DNA of 64,000 bases from Takakia lepidozioides. Lineage: Eukaryota > Plantae > Bryophyta. Shown here piece by piece: positions 12,408 to 24,600 of this stretch (position 1 is the stretch's first letter; the number at the start of each line of letters is the position of its first letter). Location of the stretch: the NCBI GenBank assembly GCA_030704615.1, contig CM060734.1, positions 5,890,001-5,954,000 of the forward strand. The letters are read 5' to 3'. The position numbers were made by a program, and so were the translations under genes. Under the pieces are notes generated by a model, which did no database searches, had not been told where the DNA came from, and saw only the letters and a program-made list of their open reading frames with translations.

Positions 12408-15400
12408 CTACATCCGTATGCTGGCAGTTTTGAAGCAGCCATCTTGGAAAGATTTTACTTTCCCTTTTGATACTCTCTTTTTCCGCTGCTCTTGAATTCG
12501 TGCCATATTATCTGCAGCGTCTGCTCGAACTTCTTCCAAGTGGAACAATTCGTGTTCCCTGACTTGTAGTGATTCCTCCAAACCCCATCGTTCACGAGTC
12601 GAGGTTCTTAATGTGGGTACCATACACTCAATTGGTAGTAGTGCTTCGACTCCATACACCAGTTGAAATGGTGTATGTTTCGTGGTCACCTTGTATGAGG
12701 TCCTAAATGCCCATAGTGCCGTATTCATCTTGGTATCCCAATCTGTGCGATTGGCATTTACTATCTTTGTCAAGATAGTGCATAATATTTTGTTTGTAGA
12801 TTCTACTTGGCCATTACCCTGAGGGTAATAAGCAGTACTCTTGTGATGCACAATCATGAATTCTTCCGTCAAGCATTTTATGGTATCATTCATAAAATGT
12901 GAACCTTGATCACTGACAAACTCCAGTGGGCAACCGAATCGTGTGATTATGTTCTCATATAAGAACTTGGTTGTTGACTTGGCAGTGTTGTCTCTTAATG
13001 CCTTGGCCTCTACCCACATGGTAGTGTAATCGGTGGCTGTGAGAATGTATTGGTTCTGTGTATATCTTGCTGGAGGTTTAATGGGTCCTACGAAGTCTAG
13101 CCCCCAACGCTGAAATGGCTCTGTTGGTAATATTGGGTGCATAGTTCCTTTCCCCGTTTTTTCTACTGGTCCCATCCTTTGGTAGACATCACACTTTTGA
13201 CAGTGTTCATATGTGTCTCCGAAAACAGTAGGCCACCAGTATCTGCTAATAATATCTTCTTTGCTGTCAGGTCTGCACTGAAGTGTCCTCCTGCAATTCC
13301 TTCATGTAACTCCTGCATCACTGTTTTGGCTTGTTCTTTGTTCACACATCTTCTCATTATGGAGTCAATTCCTCTTTTGTACATAATTCCTCTGATCACT
13401 GTGTATGGCTTGCTTTTCATTGAAAGTTTTCTCCTGTCATCTTTGGTGTAATCCTCAGGAAATTTTCCTGTGTTCAGATAGTACTTGATTGGCCATTGCC
13501 AATCATCTGGATCTTGATCTTGATCCTGGAAGTCTTCTGATTTTTCCTTGGTAACTGCATAAGCTCCAATGCTAATATTGGCCAATTCTTGATTATTTGG
13601 CTCCTCGTTTTCCTTGTCATCCTCTTCTTCTGGATCTGGCTCGTCTTCAATAAAAGGTCCTTCATCAAGAGGTTCGTCTTCATCTGATGAGTCCTCTTCT
13701 TCATCAGTTTCATCATCAGCTTAAGAGAGTCTGGTAGGTCATAGTCTCCTTGAAACACTCCCAGAGCGTCTAGAGGGTCTGTTTCTGTTTCTTGTGCTTC
13801 TGGTTGAACAGCAAACGGAAATGCATCGGGAAGTTGATCCTCTACTCCTGTTGCTGGTTCTCCAGTAGTACTTCTTGATAGATGATCTGCCGTAACATGT
13901 AATCTTCCAGGTTTATGAACAACTTCAAAATCATACTCATGAAGAAGTAATAACCATGGAGCAACCCTCCCACTAGCCAGTGGTCAATTTGCCAAATGAA
14001 CCAAAGCCTGATGATCCACAATAAATTTAAAACGATTGCCAAGTAAATAATGCCGAAACTTTTGAGCAACATAAATCATTGCCAATGCTTCCCTTTCCGT
14101 AGTGCTATAGTTTTTCTCCGCTGCTGTCAGTAATCTGCTTGCATAATAGATTGGTGAATCTATTGTGCCTGTCACATTCTGAGCCAGAACTGCCCCCAAA
14201 GCAATGCCTGATGCATCACTGTGTACATGAAATGGTAAATCTCATCTTGGATTTATTAGAATTGGTGCTGCTGTGAGTGCCCTTTTCAATGAATCAAATG
14301 ATTCCTGGCAAGCTGGAGACCATCGGTATTCGGCATCCTTCTACAACAGTCTATAGACTGGTGCCGCTCTGTGAGCATATTTGGCCATGTACCTTTTGTA
14401 ATAGCTTGTCTGTCCTAGAAATCTCTTGAGTTTCTTGGGATTTTCTGGTGGTGGTATAATCTGGATAACATCCACCTTCTTCGGATCTACCAAAATTCCC
14501 TGTTGGCACACAATGTGTCCCAACAGTAATCCTGAATTCACACAAAATGTACATTTTTCCGGGGAGACTTACTCCATTGTCTCTGCAGGCTTGTAGGAAA
14601 AGTTTTAACTGTGCCAAGTGTTTGGATTTCTGTCCGAAGACACTGAAATCATCCAAGAATACCTGCATAAGGTCATTGAGATAACTCTTGAATATCTCAG
14701 ATATTGCTCTCTGAAACGTGGCTGGTGCGTTGCAAAGTCCAAATGACATGACTTTGTAAGCGTAGTCTCCCCATTCAGTGATGAATGCGGTCTTTTCTCG
14801 GTCTTCTTTTGCCATCTGTACCTGATTATACCCACTGAATCCATCCATGAATGAGTACATCTCATGTCCCGCTACTATGTCTAACACTATCTCTGTGAAA
14901 GGCAGTGGAAAGGGGTATTTCTTGGTTCATGCATTTAATTTGCGGTAGTCCACACGTACTCGTAATTTACCATTATTCTTGGGTACTATCACAATGGGTG
15001 ACAACCATTGTGGTGTTTCTACTGGGTATATAAATCCTGCATCCAATAATTTCTTGATTTCTTCCCAAACCTTAGTTGCAATAGTTGGGGTTCATTCTGT
15101 AACGGTTCTGACGAACTGGTTTCGTGTCAACTTCCAATTCAATTTGGTGCTGACAGATGTTGGAAGGTATGCCCTTCAAATCTTTGTAGTTCCAAGTGAA
15201 TACATCCTTGTATTCAGTGAATAATGCAGTGGCTTCTTGTAGAAATGATTCTTCAAGACCTGCACTTACTCGTATTATCTGTGGTTCTGCCACTGTTCCG
15301 AGATTCACTTGAATCAATTGGGTTTCTTCCGTTACTGTCCATCCTGCAATCTCCTGTCCGATGGTTGCAATCATGGCAGGTACTTCACTGATGTTAATGT

Positions 15401-16620
15401 CTTTTTCTCTTTCTTGATAAAAACGGGCAGGGTGCTGAGGTGTGTCCATAGCTTCTTCCGGTATTGGAGTACTTGGTTCTCCTTGGGTGTTCACCATGTG
15501 ACATCCTACTGTTGTGGTATTTTTGACCACTAATTGACTAATGGGTTCTAACTGTGGATGTGCTACATATACTGTGGCTTCTTCTTCATCCGACAGTCCA
15601 CTGGACCAATCATACTCTTCCACTATACAAGGTCGTTTCTCTCGTGGAATCGCGTCTCGTTGCTTCGTGGTGATAGTGACTTGTTCTGATTCTTTTTTGA
15701 TCGTGAGAGTTTGGCTTCCCCAATCGTGGTGCGATTGGGTTTGTGTTAACCATGGTCGGCCAAGTAGTAGCGAATATCCTTCTGCCACATCCTCCATTAT
15801 GAGAATGGTTACTGATACTTCGTATACCAGTCCTGCTACTTCCATCGCAAGGCGTCTGATGATACCCAACAGTTGTACTTTCCGTTGATTGGCCATTCGT
15901 ACTGTGAATGGAGCAGGTTCCATGTGCCCCAATCCTAGTGACTTCTTCATCCTTTCCGTCATGATGTTCACTCCCGATCCTCCATCGATGAGTACATCCG
16001 TTATCAGTTTCCGTCCAATACGTACTTGTATTACTGGTATCGCCTCATCGTAGTCTGGAGCTCGTTGTATAATTGTGGGTTTAATCGTGTAAGCCTCTGG
16101 TATTGGTTTGTGTTTTGGTGTAGGGGTCAATGCCTCAATTGCCTGTAATAAAGTTTTCTTGCAGTGTGGAGCAATTTGTAATAATTGTCCAATGGTAATC
16201 TGGGTCTTGGTCTGGCATATTACTTCAGCCAATTTTGTTTCCGTGGTTTCATTCGTGGTCTTCGTCGTTGGTCTGATTTGATTATCTGGAGTTGGATCTC
16301 CAGAAGGTATATGGGTTCCTTCTTGCATTTGAACTATGGCTTTGCTTACCTCCTGGTGTACGCTCTTTTCTTCCTGCCATGCCGCACTTTCTGGATATTG
16401 TTTCCGTTCTTCTTCAAATTCCTTGTCTGGAGGTTTCTGTTTCTTGGCCCGAGTTCGGGTTACCGCAAGGGTATCCAGTACAGGTGTTACCACACTCATG
16501 GCTACACTTGGTCCGGCTTCCCAATTCTGCCTCATGCTTGATTCGTAACTAGCATTCATGTTTCCAGTGTCCCTCTTTCTTGCAATAGTGGCATCTCTTG
16601 GTTTCCTTGTGAGGACTCTA
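12408..16620 (-). mobile_element. Ty3/gypsy non-chromovirus pol pseudogene (zinc knuckle-PR-RT-RH-INT)
   Basis: CHYCKKEGHWKHEC; LIDGGSGVN (PR); YSFMDGFSGYNQV, FGLCNAPATFQ, VFLDDF (RT); YYASRLL...YSTTEREALA (RH); [33 protein letters not shown] (INT). Frameshifted. Confidence 0.95.
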
Positions 16621-16809
16621 AAGTAAAGCCATGCTATTCCAAGCATCTCTGTGTAGCGTGATTGTGAGATAGAGAGAATGTGCATCATCTCAAAATAACT
16701 CTTGGTTATCTTGTATACTGTATGGCTATATGAACAAAGAGGCTTCAGCCTTTCCAACTAAGATCGTTTGGGCTAAAGGGACTGCAGGTCAGGCTTAATC
16801 AGTAGGATT

Positions 16810-17554
16810 AAGCAACCTGCAGAGATGGTGATTCATACAACTGCCAGGTTTTAGCTTCTGTAGCATATTTCTCTATTCTTTCAGCTCTGTCTTGCTTAGC
16901 TTTTTCCTTATTTTCCTCATTCATTCTCACATTATATATAGAATTCATTTTTTTAAGTACCCTTTAATAGCCTTGGTATGTTAGTAAAGAAAATTATAGT
17001 GGTCTCTACCCTTTCCCAAGATTACACCATCCTGCCAGAATCCGTATTACGACTTAATTTTCCTTTACTGATTGATCACCAATCTTCTAATGGGCACAAT
17101 AATACCATTTGTCCTTCTCAGTGTATCTGCCTTGTAATAAGTCTTTGGGTATCCAGTACTCTACTGCTTCTATGATCATATGACAATATTCATAATTTGA
17201 ACATCCCTCCCTGAAGATATAACTAGTGTAGCAAACTTTTCTGATTGGTAATAGAGTAATCAATAAAGCTAGGCGAGACAGCCACTCTTCACTTCTGTTT
17301 TTACATTCCCAAGGTGCTCGCGCAATATTGATCACTCCTCCCTTTAATCCCCATTTGTCATCTTCTTTCGCAATTGAAAGAAAGATCTTCTGTTGTATTG
17401 CTACTGGTAAGCCATGAAATTTTTCCAGGAATGCTTTCCATTCCTCTGCTTCCGTTGACTCGTTCTTTCGTGATTTCAAGAAATCACTGAGTAGCCATCC
17501 TTCCTTGAGTTCTCTTGAACTCAACATACCGTTAGTCCCCAGTATGGTCGTCAA
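16810..17554 (-). pseudogene. Degenerate unknown ORF antisense to, and upstream of, the + strand gag (retrotransposon extra ORF?)
   Basis: 155-aa ORF, with protein-like sequence continuing past several stops to ~16810 (…NEENKEKAKQDRAERIEKYA…). Confidence 0.4.
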
Positions 17555-18399
17555 ATGTTAACCGCTGGTTTATGACTTAGACAAAACATGCTCTCAGTAC
17601 TACTGCCCATTTCCCAAGACATGCAACAGAGGTTGTCCGACGGTATGCTTTCGGAAACGACTACAGAGTAATCGTTTTAAGAAAGGAAATCTGATCTCCG
17701 GAAAGTGAGAACACTTCTTCTTTTATAGCTAAGTTAAAAGTTCCTTGAAAATAACATAAATCTACACTACAACGTTCCATGATCATGTATCATTTATATC
17801 TTTTGTTATGATAAACTCGATATATATGAATAATAGTATGATGAAAAATATGAACTTGATATACATTAGTAAGATTATATATGTCTCGTTTATAGCTAAG
17901 TTAAAAGTATTTATTTGTAATAAGTGTTAAATGATGGATGGGTTTAAGAATATGGTGCAACTATAGCGTTTGAAAATATGGTGAAGAATGACACACAAAA
18001 GTAATATTCATGTTGATGGACTGCACTACAATGACACACAAAATAATAATGGTAAACGGTTTGCACTACAATGTTCCATTTTCAGCAATCATTTATATCT
18101 TTTTTTATGATGAACTCATTATATTTCAATAATAGTATGATGAATAATATGAACTTGATATACATTAGTAAGATTGTTAATGTCTCATTTATAGCTAAGT
18201 CAAAAGTCTTTTGAAAATAAACTAAAACGTGAATGGTTACCACAGGAAAGATCTGAGGGCCCTCTACAGTAACAAGTCCAAATCGAGGTTTTGCTGAAAT
18301 ATTGGAAGAAAAGTTTGAGAATATTCTAAGTGAAGAAGGCGAGAGAAGTGAAACTGCTTCTCCAGAAAGGATAATCAGAACCGCACCCAAAGCTTTTAA

Positions 18400-19550
18400 A
18401 GATTCATTAAGCTTAGTAGGGACAACAGCTGGAAGATAGCTATCCCTGGGACAAAGACCTCCTAGTTTTGAATCATTGTTTGGGAGACAACACCAACAGC
18501 ACCACCAGTCTTAACAATCCCAACACCAACACAGTCAACAGCAGCTGGAACATTTCAGTTTGGACAGCCGGTTGCACCAGCAGCACCAGTTGTACCAGCA
18601 ACACCGATGGCTTTAGTAACAAGCAAAACCAGACCACCATTTCCTTTATATGATGGGAAATCTGATCCAGATATCCATCTCAATCAATTTGAGAACATGT
18701 GCACCATTTACAATGAAGCAACAGACCTGGAAAAGATCCGATTGTTTCCTTGTTCAATGGCCAGAAAAGGCATTGAATGGTTGGCAACATTTCCAGCCAA
18801 TCACTTTGCAAATTGGGCAGATATGATAGCAGCATTCCAAGAATGATATCGATCCAACAAATCCACGTCTGAAATCTTCACAGGATTACAGAACCTGAGA
18901 CCCAAAAAAAAAGAATTGGTAGTTGACTACCTGAAGAGAATGAAGACTCTGATCAGGAAGCTACCTCAAGCACCAGGTGATGACTTACAGAAGGCATGGT
19001 TCATCAACGGACTTCGTCCTAAATATGTAACCATGGTTACAGTCATGCTTAACAACACTTTGGCTGAAGCAGTAGGAACTGCAAAGAAGTTGGAACTGGG
19101 ATTCCATCAGAGCAGAAGTAAAGATTCCAAGGATCCCTTGGAAGAAGAAGACTCTGATGATGAAGAAAAGCCCAAGCAAAAGAAAAAAGAAGTGATTGAC
19201 AAAACCACCTTGGATCAGAAGATAGCAGAGGCTATCACGAATTTTAAAGATGAAGGACCACGAAAGGCAACATGGTGTCACAAATGCGGGACTGCAGGAC
19301 ACCTGGCAACAGAATGCCACATGAAAGACAAATACTGTGATATTTGTCATATGAACAATCATAATACCAGCCATTGTGTTTATAATCAACGGACCAAGAA
19401 GAGTGGGTACACACGAGAGGTGGGGGTACACTAAGTCCAAGTCCGACGGGGAGGATTGGATGGACCAAGGCGATACAATATGGGTAATCGTTATCAGAGG
19501 CCACGAGATTACTATCCACCACGGGATAGAGAACATCAACCCAGTTGAAT
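18400..19550 (+). mobile_element. Ty3/gypsy gag pseudogene
   Basis: FPLYDGKSDPDIHLNQF, IRLFPCSM, AWFINGLRP, two knuckles CHKCGTAGHLATEC and CDICHMNNHNTSHC. Confidence 0.88.
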
Positions 19551-20131
19551 CACTCTGATTCCACTGGATACACACTGATCCGTTCTAAGTTGCATGCAGT
19601 TCTCTTATACTACGCTCAAAAGAGCCATTTACAGTCTGCGGTCGTTAATGACCATTGTCTAACTGCCTACGCAACCTAAAAGGTTTGCAAAAAAGTGGCC
19701 CGTGGCCGTGGTCGTGGCTCGTGGCTCGTGTGTCTGTCGTGGTACACGGCCCACGGCCCTTCACTACCATTTCTACTAGTAAAGCCTATGCTACCGTGGC
19801 CGTGTAATATTGTGGTTCACGGCCCACGGCTGCTACGCTACCCACTACTGCTCCCGTGGTAGTGTACCTTTGTTCCGCTGTTGCTAAGTGTCGAGCACTT
19901 AGCCTTTTCTACTCGTGGCCGGGTAGTGTAAACCAATCACTACCCGCTATGTCCCATCGTGACTCCCGCTGCCCAGCCCTCGTAGTTGTGTCACTTAGCC
20001 GTTATCATGGAGGACAATCCGAACACAGGGAGGAGGACGAGGGCATTGAGGGTAACGAGGGCCACGAGGGAATCAATGCAGACCCTTGGGAGGCTGGACA
20101 CCTTGATGTGATTCAGGACTTCAGAACTCAG

Positions 20132-20465
20132 TCAATGGATGGACTTGATCATTGCCAAAGCTTCTCTTTCGGTGGTGCTATAGTTCTTTTTAGCACTACT
20201 CAACAGTCTGCTAGCATAGTACACCGGTGAATCTATGTTTCCTGTAACATTTTGGGCTAACACAGCTCCCAATGCTTCTCCGAAGGCATCACAGTGTACA
20301 TGAAATACCATATGCCAATGTGCGTTAATCAACACAGGTGTAGTTGTTACTGACAATGTAAGTTCCTCGAAGGCGTGTTGGCACTCAGCTGTCCATGCAA
20401 ACCCTGCATCCTTCTTCAGGAGTTTACTCATTGGTACAGCCATCTGTGCATACCGTCTGACGGTA
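20132..20465 (-). mobile_element. Gypsy RT/RNase H fragment
   Basis: WTAECQHAFEEL...FHVHCDA...LGAVLAQ...YYASRLLSSAKKNYSTTEREALA. Confidence 0.85.
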
Positions 20466-21637
20466 GGAAGCTGAAACCTGCATAAACCCACAAATCAACA
20501 AGTATCTGGAAGCCAGATCGCAATGCCACACAAGGGAGTCAGGTGAGCCTGGATTGAGATCTTACAACGCACTGGAAATTAAGGTGCAACATCTAAGAAG
20601 GCCAGGCCGAGGGGAAATAAGATAAAGAAGAGCACTACTTGAAGGGACTATTAAAACCTCGAACTAGACACTGACAAACCCCCCGACCACCCGACCGAGA
20701 CTAAGCTCGCAAAGAGCAGAAAGAAAACAGCCTAGAAACCCTGCGAAGCGGCTAACCTGAAGTCTAAAGAAAGCTAAGATCAGTCTGGAGTAGAGAAAAA
20801 AGAGACGAAGCTGGAGGCGGGAGAACTAAAAGAGAGCAAAGTACAGACGAAAGCTGTCCCTATTAACATAAAACAGACAGAGTCCCACAAACTAACCCTC
20901 ACCGCGACATGTGGAGCCCAGCGGACACATCGCCACCCCCTACGCATCTTCTGTAGTATTGTACTCACGCACTTCTGTTAGGTAGATGTAAGGGAAATTT
21001 CAAAGATCATAAAATACGACATTAGGTAGATATCACTAAGATGAGATTGAGTATTTCGGAATAAAAATTCAATCATTTTGAAGGTGTTTCTATAGAAAAA
21101 CAATAGGAATAATGTAAGAACTTAATCCAAGTGTGCAATCTGATGGTACTTTCACCGGATTTAGGCAGCTACTACTCCGACAGGACCACTGTCAAATCAT
21201 CCCCAGCCCCTCTTACCCGAGACTCACTTTTAAATATTGTCGCCCAAATTTGTGTCGCCCCTCAGCTCCTGGGTTAGTGTTACCCCAACTCTTGTGGTTC
21301 GTGTCACCCCATGTTTGGTGTAATATTGTGACACCAAGTGGGAGTTACACCGAGGACGATGGTGCCACCCGGTCCGTGTCACCCCAATCTGTGTCACTCT
21401 CAAGAGGGGATAGAGAAGATTTGACATACCAAAACCGGCATACCGTGCTGTGTGGAGACTGCCAGTGTGCATTAAGTTCTTACATTATTCCTATTGTTCT
21501 CCATTTTATCAAGGCCATCAAGATCAATGGCCTAAAAAGTGTTTGGTACATACTAATAAGGTTCTTACTCTAGTAAGATATAGGAGGCTTCAATTCGAAG
21601 CTTACAATTCTTGGTGTCCAATGACCATAATCTTTAA

Positions 21638-24600
21638 CTATCCTATCCCCTGATCTTTCTGGTGTAACCTATTATTGTTTACACCATTGGTGAGAACAGC
21701 ATCCCTGGAATCGCTGCCCACATTTTCAAGTGGAATACTGTCAGAGAAAGGTGAGCTTTCATCTGAAGATTTCGCCCACTCCAAGTTTTTGTTACCTCCA
21801 CAATCATGAGAAGCCCCTGCCTCCCCATTCTCATTCCTAGGGCTTGGGGTTCCCACCTCCACTTTGATACTCTTGGCAAAAGATGGTACAGGGCAACCAG
21901 ATGCGTCCTCAGTCACTGGGAAATCCTCCTCAGTTGGTCGGCGCCAGAGATACTGCGCAGCTTCAACCCAGCTAGGATGAACCAAATACCGGCCATGCTG
22001 CTTTGCCCAACGGGCCTTGTCAGTTCCTTGGTCAAGAGCAACAATGTGAGTGGTGGATTCATTGCAAGCAGTCGAGCATTGGGCACCAAGATCCTCCGTA
22101 AGCTGCCAGAATGGGTGGGAATTCGGGCTGGGGAGCCCTGTTGGAAAAATCCTGCTGAACACAATCCGGCAGCCAGCCAGGATCTTTTCCCGCATGCCTC
22201 GAATGACCTAAAATTTCAGAGTTAGTCACAGTTAGCTCTGGAACGTTACATACATGAAAAGAATCTCCACCCTTCTGTTACTTTCTACCAGCTTTGAACA
22301 GTAACTGATCAACTAATAGAACATCCCTCATCCTTGCAATGGAAACAAGAAAAAGCTTAACGATATACCTGCCGAACATCATGGGTGTCCGAAGCTGCAG
22401 GAGGCCTCCGCTTCCCACCCTGCATACAAAAGAGAGGCCCACCAATCACATCCTTAGTGCAGTTACACATAGTATCTCGCGCCTCTCACCCAGAAGGTGA
22501 ATATAGCGCACGGTTACTAAGGAGGCTAAGCTAATGCTATCAACTATACTGAGGAAGTTTGTCCTTCACTAAAAAGACAAGAATTATCTTCATTGAGAGT
22601 CCACGAGCAAGCAGCAGTGTTGACTTGGGGAAGAAAGAAATGAAATGAAACTTTAGACATCCATGGAAAGCGCAAAGAGCTTATGGGGAGGAGAAAGCAT
22701 GAAACAAGAAAGAGAGGGACCCTCCACAAGCAGCCAATAAACAACTGCTCAACGGATTGTCTACGAGTCAACATCTCATGCAGATATGCTGCCAACCATT
22801 TTCCGATCCCTGTAATGGAAGACCTCTGGGAGAGATTGGCTATCTTGAAATAGACAATTGCATCTCCCAAGGATCTCATACTAGAAAGGACAGTGAAAGA
22901 AGAAATGTTCTTCACTTTTGATTTCCCTCCTGCCGTCCCCGGTGCAAGGGGGCACAGCAAGTTTTCACGCTGCAGGTTGTCCAACCTACCAGTCTCTATC
23001 TGCAGATTTGTAAACCTCCCCAATGCTCTTAGAAGAGAGGGAGATAGAGCTCGGCCAGGTAATTGGGCCGCAAGATTCTATCATCACAGAGGACCAAGAA
23101 TGTCTCCGATAGAGCCTTGGTTGATATAAGATTGGCTGGTTTCCGGGTTTGTCTGACGTGAAATCCCATAAGCTCCCGTCTGATACATCTGTTGTGGTCA
23201 TGCCGGGAGGAAATTTCCACCCCCTCCATATTTTGTGGCAGCAGGGAAGCAACAGAGAGTCATTGGCGCTCAAAGAAGTTTTGAGACTCGAAGCATTCCA
23301 GGAGGTCTTGAAACAAGCATTTTCGAGTCTGATAGAGGTTGCGAGGGCCCGGGATGGTAGCCATTTGTGTAGTAGGGCTTGCAAACTTGCTAGAAAGATG
23401 GCCTCAGTTAGAAGCGGTACACATGTAAATCCCCATATAAAATCCGTGTGCAAATTCGACATAAAAAATCTGCGATGGTGTCATACCTCTAGCCCCAAGC
23501 ATTCCTTTGAAGGAAAGACGACTGCAGGGGTTCCAGGCTTTTCTCCCACCAGGAAACTGGGTCAGCAGTGGCCCAAAACTCAAATATTGCTAGCATTATG
23601 AAGTGCCATAGGACAGGAAGATGACATATGATGACTCTTCAACTTAATGAAAACTCATACCTATGCTTTACTGGAAGTGCAAAGAATTTTTGTACTCGTG
23701 AAAAGCTTCAAGTTTGGAGGTACCAACCGGAGCTAAGTTTGCATGGAAGAACCCACGGTGCACGCGGCGAAGAGTGTGGAGGGCAGTTGCTAGAGAACCC
23801 TCACTCTCACTCTCATCCCTGTGGGCCTCTGCTAGCGAAGGTGACTTAACACCAAACTGACGGCAGCTGGAGGTGAAAAAGTGATAGCGCTCCATCAGTA
23901 TCAAGTTTTCCCTATGCTTTGGCCACACCTGCAGAGAACAAATGGGCACCACTAGCTTTGAATGTGAGGGAATGACATAACGTGGCACTACACAGATGCC
24001 ATGCATTGAACACAAAGAAGCCCTATTAGTATGTCATGGTTCTAGTCATCCACCCTTAGATGAAAGGTTTTAAGCAGGCCAATCTTCGTTTGATCATACT
24101 AAGCCATAACATCAACAATGGAATCTGATGTCAATTTAAGGGAATCTGGCCACACCTTACCTCAGCTGGCAGTGTACACCAAGGTGACAGGATTCTCTGC
24201 ATTAGCACTACTGGTAGACTGAAATGAAGAGACACATGGCACAGAAGAGGAGAGAGAGAGAAGGAGATTCTATTTAGGTTCACGAACGCTCTCCTCTTTT
24301 GTTTGAAAATTTGAGGAAAAAGGATGGTAATGGACGGGGTAAGAGGCATACGCCTTCAGTGTCGTCCAGAATGACAACTGCTGATTCTGCCCCAAGGACA
24401 ACGTCAAGGTCCTTGGTGTTCCGGCGTGTGCTGTCAACTTGCGATATTACGCGGTCTCCAAATAACCGGCCTGTAGGATCCAAAAGCTGCGCCATAGCCA
24501 GGGCATATATTCGCTCACCCATGGTATATACATACATTTCAAACATCTTGCTTGCCTCCTCTAGAAACTCATGCACGAAAGGTCGCAGTTTTGTAAACAT

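Noticed and set aside
21188-21466. MITE with CACTG termini and GTGTCACCCC repeats
   Set aside because: Termini are short and imperfect, and no TSD was found.
22540-23620. ORFs of 150-160 aa in CPL4 intron 6
   Set aside because: Not needed for the CPL4 frame and no recognisable domain; likely an old TE remnant.
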